A stretch of 64,000 nucleotides of DNA from Bdellovibrio sp. Lineage in GTDB: Bacteria; Bdellovibrionota; Bdellovibrionia; Bdellovibrionales; Bdellovibrionaceae. Below are positions 28,014 through 38,102 of this stretch, piece after piece. The position numbers and the translations under genes were made by a program. Numbering within the stretch: position 1 is the first letter of the stretch; each line of letters begins with the position of its first letter. The notes beneath the pieces are model-generated. The model ran no database searches, was not told the origin of the DNA, and saw only the letters and a list, made by a program, of their open reading frames with translations. The stretch lies in assembly GCA_014378765.1 (NCBI GenBank), contig JACMNA010000028.1:6565-70564 (forward strand), given 5' to 3'.

Positions 28014-28849
28014 AGTTAACTAGTCTGTTCATAATCATCGCCATCGGCGCTAGTTCGCTAATTGCGAATGCCGCTGATATCGATGTGATGGAACAGGCTC
28101 GACAAAATTTCGCGAAGGGAAATTTTGATAAAGCCATTGAACTATACTCGACCATTCCGGCCTCAAGCGATTTCTGGCTTGATGCCATCGAAGAGCGTGC
28201 TTGGTCAAATACACGTTTATCGCAATACGAAAAAGCCTTAGCCGATTTGCATTCGGTTACCTCTACCGTGTGGAGTTCGCAAGTAGGTCCCGAGACTTAT
28301 ATGTTATCAACATTTGTTTCTTTAAAAATTTGCGCGTTTAAAGATGTCGTAAAGAAAATGGATATTTTTAAAAAACGTATGTTACCCAGGGTCGATGCCT
28401 TGGAAACTTTAGTGTTGCAACCGGTACCAAAAGAATTTTGGGAGATGTCAGAAGCCATCAAGCGTGGCCAATTAACCATGGCGGCTTTAGGACAAAACGC
28501 CCAGAAGTATCCACGTTATTTTTACCGCGATCGTGAGTTAGTCAACGCCTTAAAGGCAAATGCAAACGCGAAAGCAACCGCACGGTTAAAGAAATTAGCT
28601 TCGCAAGATTTAAAAGAAATTGAAACGAACCTAAAGAAAATGAAAATCATCGAAGTTGAAATGATTCAAAAAGTTCTTTTAGCTGATAAGGATCAAAAGA
28701 ATTCCAAAGATGAGCTTAACTTTTCTAAAATTGACCGCGATAAGACCATGGTATTTCCGGTGACAGACGAAGAAGTTTGGATCGACGAAGTGGGGCACTT
28801 TCAGGTGAAAACCGATCTATGCCAATCATTAACGGGGAAAAAATTATGA
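28007..28849 (+). CDS. exported TPR-like periplasmic protein
   Basis: Signal peptide ending LIANA. One clear TPR-like unit, ARQNFAKGNFDKAIELYSTI. Confidence 0.45.
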   Translation: MVKLTSLFIIIAIGASSLIANAADIDVMEQARQNFAKGNFDKAIELYSTIPASSDFWLDAIEERAWSNTRLSQYEKALADLHSVTSTVWSSQVGPETYMLSTFVSLKICAFKDVVKKMDIFKKRMLPRVDALETLVLQPVPKEFWEMSEAIKRGQLTMAALGQNAQKYPRYFYRDRELVNALKANANAKATARLKKLASQDLKEIETNLKKMKIIEVEMIQKVLLADKDQKNSKDELNFSKIDRDKTMVFPVTDEEVWIDEVGHFQVKTDLCQSLTGKKL

Positions 28850-29991
28850 AAACGACATTAAGAACGAAATTTATATTGCCACTTTATTTAGTTGCTGGTC
28901 TTACGTTGGCTGGTTGTCATTCGAAGAATAGTTCTTACCAAGGGCCAATCACAAAGCCCAACACCGTTGAAACCGCGGCGAAAACTCCGGGTGGCGTCAG
29001 CGACCCGAAAGTTAATATTTTATTCGTCGTTGATAACTCAGGATCAATGAAGAGATACCAAGAAAAGCTTTCGCGCAACATGAAGCTATTCGCCGACCAA
29101 TTTTTTAGTAACCCCCGCATCGATTATAAGATCGGCGTTGTACCGGTCTACGATTCAAAATACCTTAACGATAAAACCGTCTACCCTAAAAATGGCGTTC
29201 GAAAAATGAACCCACTAGGTGAGCTAGTTAAATTAAAGGGCCTAGACCCTGCGGCCGATCAAAATCAAGTCTACATCACTCGCCAAACTAAAAATGCTAA
29301 AGAAGTTTTGCAAGCGACCGTTGCCATTGGTGTGCAGTGGGGCCCCGAGGCCGAAGAGTCTTATTCTCCGGTTATAGCGGTGATGGATCCAAAAATTAAT
29401 GCCGAAAAAAATCAAAACTTTTATGATCCCGAAGCTTACTTAGCCATTATCTTTTTAACGGATGCAGACGACGTAACGCCTAGCCTATCGGCCGACGAAT
29501 TCTACTCGAAGCTTTATGCCGCAAAAGGAAATAAGTCCTCTAAAATTTTAATCGCGGCCGCGTTGCCAAATATCCGTAACCGCAGCAGCGAATGTACCAC
29601 TGACGGTCGCGGACCGGTTCAATCATTTCCTAAGTTATTAGCCCGATCGGGCGGAATTTTCGCGGATTTGTGTTCAAAAAACTTTGGTAACCACTTAGCA
29701 AGCTTTGCAAAAAAATTAGCCGAGCGGGTGGCTTCACAAAAAATTAAATTAGGTTTTACGCCTGATATCGATTCGCTTGAAGTGACGTACGGGACTGAAA
29801 CGTCATTACCGCAAGATCGAGTCATTATTCCCCGGGGCCCTGATGGTTACACTTTCGATGTCGAAAACAACATCGTCATCATCAGTAGCGAATTAAATAT
29901 CGAGCGAGTTGAAAACGGCCAGATCTTTGTAAAAGGTGTTGAAGCTGATTTAGCAAACTTACAAGACGGACGCACGCAGCAAGAAGAGTAA
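28846..29991 (+). CDS. lipoprotein with von Willebrand factor A domain
   Basis: ATGA overlap with the upstream stop. Lipobox LAGC. MIDAS motif in ILFVVDNSGSM and a later IIFLTDADD. Confidence 0.65.
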   Translation: MKTTLRTKFILPLYLVAGLTLAGCHSKNSSYQGPITKPNTVETAAKTPGGVSDPKVNILFVVDNSGSMKRYQEKLSRNMKLFADQFFSNPRIDYKIGVVPVYDSKYLNDKTVYPKNGVRKMNPLGELVKLKGLDPAADQNQVYITRQTKNAKEVLQATVAIGVQWGPEAEESYSPVIAVMDPKINAEKNQNFYDPEAYLAIIFLTDADDVTPSLSADEFYSKLYAAKGNKSSKILIAAALPNIRNRSSECTTDGRGPVQSFPKLLARSGGIFADLCSKNFGNHLASFAKKLAERVASQKIKLGFTPDIDSLEVTYGTETSLPQDRVIIPRGPDGYTFDVENNIVIISSELNIERVENGQIFVKGVEADLANLQDGRTQQEE

Positions 29992-30026
29992 TTTCGACGC
30001 TTGCCCGTGGCGCGGGGATCTTCAAT

Positions 30027-30054
30027 AAAAAACCGCTCTGCAAACGCCGAGCGG
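30027..30054 (-). terminator. rho-independent terminator of the 30065-30370 gene
   Basis: CCGCTC (30033-30038) pairs with GAGCGG (30049-30054). The A-run at 30027-30032 gives the T-tract on the minus strand. Confidence 0.6.
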
Positions 30055-30064
30055 CTTAAAACAA

Positions 30065-30370
30065 TTACTTCTTAACTTTAGCTTTTGTCGGTGCAGTGGC
30101 CGTCTTTGCTGGAGCTGTTTTTGCCGGAGCGGCTACAACTGGTTTATCAACTGGGTTACACACCTCAGTGAATGGTGCGATATTACATTTGTATTCTACG
30201 TTCTTACATTGAACTGAATACTCTTCGTAAGCAGGTACAAGTAAAGTTCGCTCTACTTTTGATTCTTCTTTTGTGCAACCAACTTTTTTAGCAAGGCGCT
30301 CGTGCATTGATACGCAACCAGATAAAAAACCAACGGCCAATAAACCAATAACCAAATTCATTTTGTTCAT
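30065..30370 (-). CDS. small lipoprotein with Ala/Pro/Lys-rich tail
   Basis: Lipobox LSGC. Four further Cys residues. C-terminal AAPAKTAPAKTATAPTKAKVKK. Confidence 0.55.
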   Translation of the reverse strand: MNKMNLVIGLLAVGFLSGCVSMHERLAKKVGCTKEESKVERTLLVPAYEEYSVQCKNVEYKCNIAPFTEVCNPVDKPVVAAPAKTAPAKTATAPTKAKVKK

Positions 30371-30480
30371 ACATTCTCCTATGTATCTATTACGCTAACC
30401 GAACTCAGGTATTATTCAAGTCGTAGAAATTAAAATTGTTCGCAATTTAACGTTGAACGCTTTTGATTTTTCTTAATTGC

Positions 30481-31830
30481 TTAAAATACGGTCGCTTTGA
30501 GGCCGGCTTGAGCCGAAAGGTTACGATCTAAATAGACATTACCGGCAAGCCATCCTTCATTCTTGAGTTCAATACCCAAGTAGGTCGCGAATCGTTCGTT
30601 GAGGCGATAAAGTAATTGCGCCGATGCGGCGGCTAAAGTCGTGGTGGCTTTATCTTCGATCATTTGATCTTTCGGCTGCTGCCAAATCGTAAATCCGGTG
30701 GAGGCGAAGAGTGCATGGCAAAGAGTTTCGGTTTCGATCCACTCTAGGGTTATGCCGGGCAAATAGCGGGTATCGGTCATGCCATTATGCCAAGTCACCA
30801 AGTACTTTTCGTCATTTAATTTTAAAAATAAATTAGCATCAACGGTGGCCCCGAATGAGGTGATGTAATGATTTAATTTCGCATTCCATTTAAAATGAGT
30901 TCCGGAAAATTCGCCATCGAATTCATCTTTACGAAATAAAAAGGGGTCGGCAAAATTGAGTAAAGATAGGGCCGCCTGTAAACTTAAAAAATCTTTTTCT
31001 TTTGAATTTAAATCTGAATAGCGAATGTAGCGATCGGCTCCGACTCCAGAAGGATGCGTGCCCCTAGCGGCGTAAGGCTCTTTGGGGCGAAATAAGTCGT
31101 AGACCCAGGCCGTGCAGTCAAGCCCGGTGAAATCGCGCCTACGCAGGTCGGTGCCGTCTTGAGTGTTTTGCTCGTCGGTCGTTTTGTCAGCGTCTTTAGA
31201 AGCGCAAGTGGCTAAGTAAAATGTGACCGAAAAATTATTTTCTAATAAAATAATTTGATCAAGCGAGCGCAATCCATTAAAAAAATGATGTTTTTCAATC
31301 AGCATATTTTGCGCGACTTGTGACTCCATGCCGGCAGCACTTAAACGCACCTGATCGGCCGGGTGATCTCGTTTTAGATTCACGAGATCGATGTCGTCAA
31401 CGTGGCTGACCGCAATAAGAGGGCTTCCGATCGGAAAAGTATTCACATCGTTAAAACTGCCGATACCGCGACTTGACATCACTGAACGATGCCACTCTTC
31501 GTGCATCCACGAGCTACTGAGGGGTATCGCACTGGTCAGTAAATCAAATCCTGCCACATAAAAAATTCGATACCAATTATTTGACGAGTAGTGGCCTCCC
31601 AAAACCGAATGCGCGGTTTCGTAAAAATCCGTCGATAGCGATAAGGACTGCTGCATACTATAAAGGTTTGGAAAGTAAGAGGTTGAGTTAAAGGGCAGAT
31701 CTACGAGCGGGAAATCAAGTTCTACCGGTGGGCGAACGTGCGCACTGGGCGGCATTTCAATTACGTCGGCTCTTAAATTAAAAGTGCAAAGTAATATACA
31801 TATCGCAAAAAAAGATTTTAGATTTTTCAC
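30481..31830 (-). CDS. exported, probably outer-membrane protein of unknown function
   Basis: Signal peptide, C-terminal ...AGLKATVF (OMP-like terminal Phe), internal HEEWH. GTG start overlaps the upstream stop by 1 nt. Confidence 0.45.
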   Translation of the reverse strand: MKNLKSFFAICILLCTFNLRADVIEMPPSAHVRPPVELDFPLVDLPFNSTSYFPNLYSMQQSLSLSTDFYETAHSVLGGHYSSNNWYRIFYVAGFDLLTSAIPLSSSWMHEEWHRSVMSSRGIGSFNDVNTFPIGSPLIAVSHVDDIDLVNLKRDHPADQVRLSAAGMESQVAQNMLIEKHHFFNGLRSLDQIILLENNFSVTFYLATCASKDADKTTDEQNTQDGTDLRRRDFTGLDCTAWVYDLFRPKEPYAARGTHPSGVGADRYIRYSDLNSKEKDFLSLQAALSLLNFADPFLFRKDEFDGEFSGTHFKWNAKLNHYITSFGATVDANLFLKLNDEKYLVTWHNGMTDTRYLPGITLEWIETETLCHALFASTGFTIWQQPKDQMIEDKATTTLAAASAQLLYRLNERFATYLGIELKNEGWLAGNVYLDRNLSAQAGLKATVF

Positions 31831-32603
31831 TAAAACATATACCCTACGTGGGCTTCAAGGCCGGTCATTGTGCCCATACTTAAATTATATACCGTTTCAC
31901 CGCGATGAACATTGCCATTGAATTTCAAAGTTTTATTCAATATTTCTACAAAGTAAATTTTATTTACAAAAAATCCGGCGCCAATTTGATTTCCCACCGC
32001 GCCATCAAGGGTTACTTCTGAATTGGCACTGCCTGACGTGTACATCGGCTTCGAATAATTAAACCCGGCCTCAAAAAATATTTGTTTCCAACGGTATGCC
32101 AGATTCACTTCACCTGATAAAACCATCAGCGTGGGAGGACTCGAGTAATTGGTCGTCGTCGTCGTTCCGTTATAGCTGACCGTTTCAGAAGCCACCGTGC
32201 GGCTTTGCTCAAGCGAAGCACCGGTAATGAGACCCATAGATCGATTCGGCAAGTAAAGGCCGCGATAACCTAAACCAATCGCAGCCGTAACCGGAAATGA
32301 GTAGGTGCCCGTCGTCGGAAATAAACCGCCGCCTAAAACTTTCACCGAACCAAATTGTACTTCTGACGCCGCATTATAAGTAACGGTCGCCGCCGAGTGA
32401 AAATTATTATCGTTAACCACATATTCTAAATTTTCTTGCTCGGCCGCAGGCGCAATGTATTTTCCCTGGATGGCCTTTTGGCGAGCTTCCGAATCATCTG
32501 CATCATCAATACTTTGCGCAAATGCGTGAGTAGAAAACAAAACACTGAGTATAAAAAAAGACCTTGTAATTAGAGTTGAGCATTTTCGCCCGAGGTTTAA
32601 CAT
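31830..32603 (-). CDS. outer-membrane beta-barrel protein
   Basis: Signal peptide ending HAFAQ, alternating beta-strand pattern, C-terminal HVGYMF. Confidence 0.5.
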   Translation of the reverse strand: MLNLGRKCSTLITRSFFILSVLFSTHAFAQSIDDADDSEARQKAIQGKYIAPAAEQENLEYVVNDNNFHSAATVTYNAASEVQFGSVKVLGGGLFPTTGTYSFPVTAAIGLGYRGLYLPNRSMGLITGASLEQSRTVASETVSYNGTTTTTNYSSPPTLMVLSGEVNLAYRWKQIFFEAGFNYSKPMYTSGSANSEVTLDGAVGNQIGAGFFVNKIYFVEILNKTLKFNGNVHRGETVYNLSMGTMTGLEAHVGYMF

Positions 32604-32709
32604 GAAGTAAGTATGGCATAGGCCTGTGCCATTTTAAAACAAAAAGCGATAGGCCATTTTAACTTTTAGGTAAAGTTAGCGCGAAATGAAGGCGTCTTAG
32701 AAAAAAAGA

Positions 32710-33687
32710 CTAAGCCTTTAAATGCGTAAGCAGCGCCTTACGTTTCTGTGCTTCGTTCCAGCCCTCTTCGCCGGCTAAGCCAACGGCAAAAATTTCGCGG
32801 GTTTTTGGTACGTATAAAGTTCCTAACAGGTAATCCCAAAATGAAAATATTTGCGCCAAGTTTTTATCGATGTGGCGTTCTTCTTTCGAGTGGTGAATCT
32901 GATGCATGGCCGGGCTACTAAAAATATAATTCATAAAACCGTATGAGATCCATATGTGCGAATGTCTGAAGACGCCAATCGAAGAAAACATAATTCCGAA
33001 AATCGACAGGCCGAAAACTTTATACATATCGACGCCTTTTGGTAACAGATAAAAAAAGATCGCGAATATAAATCCTAAAGTTAAGCCTTCAACTACTTTC
33101 ATAATGACGTACTCAACCAAGTGAAAGCGCGCGACGGTCAGCGGGGTCAAATGTTCGGCGGAGTGATGCACTTTGTGAAAGCGCCACAGAAACGGAAATT
33201 TATGAAAAGCGTAATGAAGCATCGTGAAACCAAAATCATAAGCCAGAATCACTAAGAACGTAAAAAATAAATGCGTGCCCAAGTTAAGCGTTAAAGATTT
33301 TTTATATGAACTAACTTGCAGACGGTCCATCAAATCTGAGGTGCCAAAAAATTGAATCATTTTACCAACGATTACTTTCGATTCCGCGCCGGCAACTAGA
33401 AAAATAATAAGCGCATAAAGTACGTATAAAGAAAAAACGATGATTACATCATTTTTGAATGATGCGCTTTTATAAATTTCTTTTGGAAAAACGAATCGAA
33501 ATAAGGTTCGAACGGTAATGGGCTGCCCCCCTTTTTTAAGTTCGTAAGCGCCGACAAGGGCTCCAATTGCGGGAAAAGCTAAAATTAACCAAGCCCACCA
33601 AAGGCGACTGTTCTCGCCCAAGAATACTTCTTTCATTTGATTTAAAAATGTCATACCAAAACTTTGAATCGAATCAAATGTAACCAT
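32710..33687 (-). CDS. fatty acid hydroxylase / sterol desaturase family membrane protein
   Basis: Histidine boxes HYAFH, FHKVHHSAEH and HQIHHS. ATG at 33687 preceded by AGGGGG; the track TTG start at 33738 is less likely. Confidence 0.75.
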   Translation of the reverse strand: MVTFDSIQSFGMTFLNQMKEVFLGENSRLWWAWLILAFPAIGALVGAYELKKGGQPITVRTLFRFVFPKEIYKSASFKNDVIIVFSLYVLYALIIFLVAGAESKVIVGKMIQFFGTSDLMDRLQVSSYKKSLTLNLGTHLFFTFLVILAYDFGFTMLHYAFHKFPFLWRFHKVHHSAEHLTPLTVARFHLVEYVIMKVVEGLTLGFIFAIFFYLLPKGVDMYKVFGLSIFGIMFSSIGVFRHSHIWISYGFMNYIFSSPAMHQIHHSKEERHIDKNLAQIFSFWDYLLGTLYVPKTREIFAVGLAGEEGWNEAQKRKALLTHLKA

Positions 33688-33937
33688 CGCGGGCCCCCTT
33701 GCATAACCGAAGCTATGACAAATTAGTGGATGTCGCAATTTTTTAAATTTTCATTTGCCACGACGTGATTCAAAGTCTCAAATTTTTACAATCTCAAGTG
33801 GCCATCCGTACCAGCTTGAGTCGCCCAATCGCCGTAAAAGGTCATGAAAATAAGCAAGCTTAGACAACTTAAAAGCTTTGGGCGTCATTTAAAGTTCATA
33901 AGGGGTTAAAAGGCGTTTGGCATGACTTGCAAGTATA

Positions 33938-34465
33938 ATGGTTACCGACCTTGGAGGTCTTATTAAAAAGTATATCGTATTCTTGTTAGTGTCAGTTTTA
34001 GCCACTTTTGCTTCTGCGCAAACGGTGCTTAAAGACTGCAGCTTTATCATTAAAGCGACTGAAGATCAGGCGGCCGTCGCGACTACTTTTAAAGTGGTAA
34101 AAAATGGCGAAATGATGTTCGCGCAAATGATTCAAAATAGCGTGCAAGCGCTTTCAGACGAAGTCGCCGACCGAGTTTCCATCTCTCAGGAATTAGTGCG
34201 ATCTAATCTTACATCTAAATCAGAAAAAATGAACCCGGCCGAAAAGTTAATTGCCGATACCATGGAAACAATTGGCTCAGCGACTGATCCAAAAATTTAC
34301 GACATAAATATCGATTTGAAAGCCATCCGCCGTGCAAAAGTTTACCAAATTGGGGTTGAAGACGAATTAGGTTCTTTAGCGATTGTTGAAGCCCAAGACG
34401 AAGCGGGAAGGCCAATGGGTTCATTTCTGGCGAGCTTTGTTCCATTCATGTGCAATGTTCAATAA
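33938..34465 (+). CDS. exported hypothetical protein
   Basis: Signal peptide KKYIVFLLVSVLATFASAQ. Confidence 0.5.
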   Translation: MVTDLGGLIKKYIVFLLVSVLATFASAQTVLKDCSFIIKATEDQAAVATTFKVVKNGEMMFAQMIQNSVQALSDEVADRVSISQELVRSNLTSKSEKMNPAEKLIADTMETIGSATDPKIYDINIDLKAIRRAKVYQIGVEDELGSLAIVEAQDEAGRPMGSFLASFVPFMCNVQ

Positions 34466-34726
34466 GCTTATTTGTTAGTCACAGTGATGCTACTTATAGG
34501 CAACGGCAAAATACCAGACAATCAGCACAAGAACTGTAAGACCCAAATATTTTTTCATACTTGTATAGTCAGCATCTTAAAATTAATCGTCAAAACAAAA
34601 TTTTTTAATCAAGCCCTTGGTGTTAGTGAAGCCTTGATATTTTTTTTCGGTTAAGAAAAGGTCAAAATGCTTACTATTTAAAACATAAAATTTGACTGCG
34701 AACACTCGCCTCATTAAATTCAGCTG

Positions 34727-37700
34727 ATGTCGTCGCATCGTATTTTACCTCGGGCCGCCAAAGATTTAAGTTGGGTCTTTGTTTCAGGCCTTACTTATTA
34801 TTTAATTGCCTACTTAGGGCTGCAATTAGCCACTCTGAATGCACAGGCTTCGCCCGTGTGGCCCGCGACGGGCGTGGCCGTGTGCTTATTTTATTTGTTT
34901 GGAGCCCCGGCCGCCTTGGGAATTTTTTGCGGAGGTTTTCTGGCCAATCTGCAGACGGGTCTTCCCGTTTTGCCGTGCTTCATTTTAAGTATTGGTAATA
35001 CGTCCGAAGTTTTGCTTGGGGTTTGGATTTTTAAATTTCTTATTGATTTTAAAAATGATTATGGACGGCACGGCAAAGTGATTTTTGGCGTGGTCGCGGT
35101 GGTTGTGGCGACGGCACTGAGTGCTTCGACGGGCACACTTGCTCTTTATATTGCCGGCATCGTAAAGAATGAGCTCATATTTAAGAACTGGCTCACGTGG
35201 TGGATGGGTGATTTGATTGGCGCCTTATTTTTTATTCCGTTTGCTTACGGAATCTCGATTCAAAAATGGAAATTATTTAATTCGTCTCGCAAAGAATATG
35301 GAATGGTTATTTTTTTACTGGTTTTATCGACGGTACTCATTAGGTGGATTTTTTTCGACGGACGGGGGGCGGCTTACTTATTTTCAATTTATATCGTTTT
35401 ATTATTAGCGGCTCGTATTTTAAATAGTTTTTGGATCTATGTTTTTACTTTTTTAATATGCATCTGCGCAACGTACGCCACTTACCAAGGTCATGGCCCC
35501 TTTGCCGAAAATATCTTAAACGAAAATATGTTGCACCTTCAGCTATTTTTACTAGGGCTTGGTCTAACTGGGTTGGTGTTGGGCAGCCTGAATGAAGAGG
35601 GCTTACGCCGTCGACCCGCCATGATTTTATTATTTGGGTGGGCATTATCGGGATTAACGTTTTATGCATTTTTTAAATCCAACAATGAGACTGATCAATT
35701 GCGATTTGCCGAAGAGGCGCGTAAAGCCCAACAGGCGATTCAAGTAACTTTAAACGATTACTTTAGTTTGCTTGACAGTGGTGTGGCACTTTTTCAATTG
35801 AATAATTACGTTTCTAAACAAGTTTGGCGAAATTACGTAAATCAAATCATGACTAACAAGAAATTTGTTGGGGTCAAAGCGATTGGCGTAGTGTTTGGTT
35901 CGAAGACCGACAGGGTGAAGGAAATTATTTACCGTAATCGCTTGCGCCCAAGTGATGTAGAAAATTTAGTGGTGCACCCCATCCCGCATTTGGACCCAGC
36001 CGAGCAAGTGTTGAATGCAAGTTTGCACTTTATCGTCGTCTTTAACGAGCGTAGTGATAATGAAAAAATTGTTATTGGTCTTGATTTTTCATCTGAAAAA
36101 AAGCGTTATGAAGCGGCCTTACGCGCGCGCGATAGTGGTGCGATTACGGCAACAGATAATTTGCACTTGAGTAATGATATTCAGCCACGATCTGCATTTC
36201 ATTTGCTTGCGCCCTTTTATAATTTAGGCGCGCCGATTGAAACGCTTCAGCAAAGACAAGCGGCGTTTAGGGGTTTCATCTATACGCCGATTATTGTCGA
36301 TCATTTTATTGCGGCGGCGCTGGGTCATCATTCTGGCGAAATGCACCTAACCTTAGAATTTAAATCTCCAACGGGCTCGACCACGCCCGCTTATGTTTCA
36401 ACTAGTAAAGCGGTCGATGTTAAAAATAAAATTATCAATACTACATCAATGGCAGGGCAAGAATTTCAGTTAACTTGGCGAAAGTCCGAAAAATTTAAAT
36501 CATCTTCTAATTTGGTGTTTTCATTAATGGGCTTTTTTGGTTCACTTATTTCGTTGCTAATTGCCATTATGTTATCTTCGCTACAAAGCTTGGCGACGAC
36601 CGCGCAAAAAATTGCCGAAATTAAAACGCGGGAAATTGTTGAAAAAAATAAAAAATGGCAGTTGCTAACTGAAACCGCGCCGATCGGAATTTTTCTGATG
36701 GATCGCACCGGGTGTTGCACGTACGTCAATTCGACATTCAGTCAAATGATCGGAATGACGTCCTCGCAATTACTGGGATATGAGTGGACGCAATCAGTAC
36801 ACCACGAAGATTTACCGATGGTCCGTCAACATTGGTATGAGTTATTGAACGGCGGAGTTTTTAACTGTAACTATCGCCTTTTAAATAAAAGCCAACTTAT
36901 AACTTATGTATGGGGCCAATTGGTTCCCATGCGCGATGAAACTAACCAAGTCATCGGATACTTGGGCGTCTCGCAAGATATTTCCGATTCAATAATAAAA
37001 AATAATTCGTTAATTGCTTCATCACGAATGTCATCACTAGGTGAAATGGCCAGTGGGGTTGCGCACGAGATTAATAATCCGCTTCTTATTATTCTTGGCA
37101 AAGCTGACATGCTTAATATCATGCTCGAAAACGATAAATTTGACTCCACGAAATTTAAAAAATACTGCCAACAAATCTCTGAGACCACGCACCGAATTGC
37201 AAAAATAGTTCGGGGTCTTCGCTCTTTTGCGCGAGAAACCTCGAATGAACCGTTTCAAGTGTGTGGGATAGCTTCGGTTCTATTTGAAACATTAGAACTG
37301 TGTCGGGAACGCTTCTTAAGCCACAATATTGAATTACGACTACCACAAGCAATTAATGAAAATTTGCATTGCTGGGGCCGCCCTGAGCAGCTTGCGCAGG
37401 TTTTGTTAAACTTATTGAATAATGCTTTTGATGCGGCCTTTTACTCGGAAGAAAAGTGGGTCGAAGTTCACGTGGCTGGAGCCCTAGGGCTTATCAGAAT
37501 CAAGGTGATTGACTCGGGGGGTGGGGTGCCGTCCCACTTGGTTAAGAAAATTTTCGAACCCTTCTACACGACTAAAGAAATTGGTAAAGGCACCGGGTTA
37601 GGCTTAAGCATTTCTAAAGGAATTATAGATAAACACCTGGGCCAGCTTTATGTAGATCACGATGCGAAGCACACAACTTTTGTCGTTGAAATTTCAGAGC

Positions 37701-37738
37701 ATGTCGTTAATCATGAAATAAGGATGGTTGAGTCGTAG
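34727..37738 (+). CDS. sensor histidine kinase, MASE1 - CHASE - PAS - HisKA - HATPase
   Basis: About 300 aa polytopic MASE1-like N-terminus, a CHASE-like periplasmic domain bounded by a TM (LVFSLMGFFGSLISLLIAIML), a PAS domain (GIFLMDRTGCCTYVN), the H-box VAHEINNPL, and G-boxes DSGGG / GKGTGLGL. Confidence 0.8.
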   Translation: MSSHRILPRAAKDLSWVFVSGLTYYLIAYLGLQLATLNAQASPVWPATGVAVCLFYLFGAPAALGIFCGGFLANLQTGLPVLPCFILSIGNTSEVLLGVWIFKFLIDFKNDYGRHGKVIFGVVAVVVATALSASTGTLALYIAGIVKNELIFKNWLTWWMGDLIGALFFIPFAYGISIQKWKLFNSSRKEYGMVIFLLVLSTVLIRWIFFDGRGAAYLFSIYIVLLLAARILNSFWIYVFTFLICICATYATYQGHGPFAENILNENMLHLQLFLLGLGLTGLVLGSLNEEGLRRRPAMILLFGWALSGLTFYAFFKSNNETDQLRFAEEARKAQQAIQVTLNDYFSLLDSGVALFQLNNYVSKQVWRNYVNQIMTNKKFVGVKAIGVVFGSKTDRVKEIIYRNRLRPSDVENLVVHPIPHLDPAEQVLNASLHFIVVFNERSDNEKIVIGLDFSSEKKRYEAALRARDSGAITATDNLHLSNDIQPRSAFHLLAPFYNLGAPIETLQQRQAAFRGFIYTPIIVDHFIAAALGHHSGEMHLTLEFKSPTGSTTPAYVSTSKAVDVKNKIINTTSMAGQEFQLTWRKSEKFKSSSNLVFSLMGFFGSLISLLIAIMLSSLQSLATTAQKIAEIKTREIVEKNKKWQLLTETAPIGIFLMDRTGCCTYVNSTFSQMIGMTSSQLLGYEWTQSVHHEDLPMVRQHWYELLNGGVFNCNYRLLNKSQLITYVWGQLVPMRDETNQVIGYLGVSQDISDSIIKNNSLIASSRMSSLGEMASGVAHEINNPLLIILGKADMLNIMLENDKFDSTKFKKYCQQISETTHRIAKIVRGLRSFARETSNEPFQVCGIASVLFETLELCRERFLSHNIELRLPQAINENLHCWGRPEQLAQVLLNLLNNAFDAAFYSEEKWVEVHVAGALGLIRIKVIDSGGGVPSHLVKKIFEPFYTTKEIGKGTGLGLSISKGIIDKHLGQLYVDHDAKHTTFVVEISEHVVNHEIRMVES

Positions 37739-37739
37739 C

Positions 37740-38096
37740 ATGAAGAAAAAAATATTAGTCGTCGATGACGAACCAATGATTTGTGAAATTTTAAGAGATT
37801 ATCTTGAGCTCGATTTTTTTGAAGTCAGCGAGGCTTACAATGGTAAACAGGCCTTCGAAATGATTAAGCAAGAAAATTTTGACTGTGTGGTGTCGGACGT
37901 TCGAATGCCAAATGGCGATGGCAGGTCGCTCGCGCAAAAAATTGCCCAAATGCCTGACCCAAAACCTATCGTCTTTTTAACCACGGGTTACAGTGAAATT
38001 TCCGAAGAAGAAGTTAAGAATTTGGGCGTCGTTAAAGTTTTGCACAAGCCTTTTCAAAGCAAAGAATTTATTGATTGTATTAAAAAAGCACTTTAG
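37740..38096 (+). CDS. single-domain response regulator
   Basis: KKILVVDDEP...DCVVSDVRMPNGDG...FLTTGY...HKPF. All receiver key residues are present. Confidence 0.8.
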   Translation: MKKKILVVDDEPMICEILRDYLELDFFEVSEAYNGKQAFEMIKQENFDCVVSDVRMPNGDGRSLAQKIAQMPDPKPIVFLTTGYSEISEEEVKNLGVVKVLHKPFQSKEFIDCIKKAL

Positions 38097-38102
38097 TGAT
38101 GC

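Noticed and set aside
33918-33931. Sigma-54-like TGGCAT...TTGCA upstream of the 33938 gene.
   Set aside because: GG and GC are separated by 8 nt instead of the 10 nt required for a -24/-12 promoter.
34490-34558. 22-codon hydrophobic minus-strand ORF (MKKYLGLTVLVLIVWYFAVAYK) in the AT-rich gap before the histidine kinase, considered as a type I toxin or small membrane peptide.
   Set aside because: No Shine-Dalgarno and no antisense or repeat structure is visible. It cannot be supported from sequence alone.
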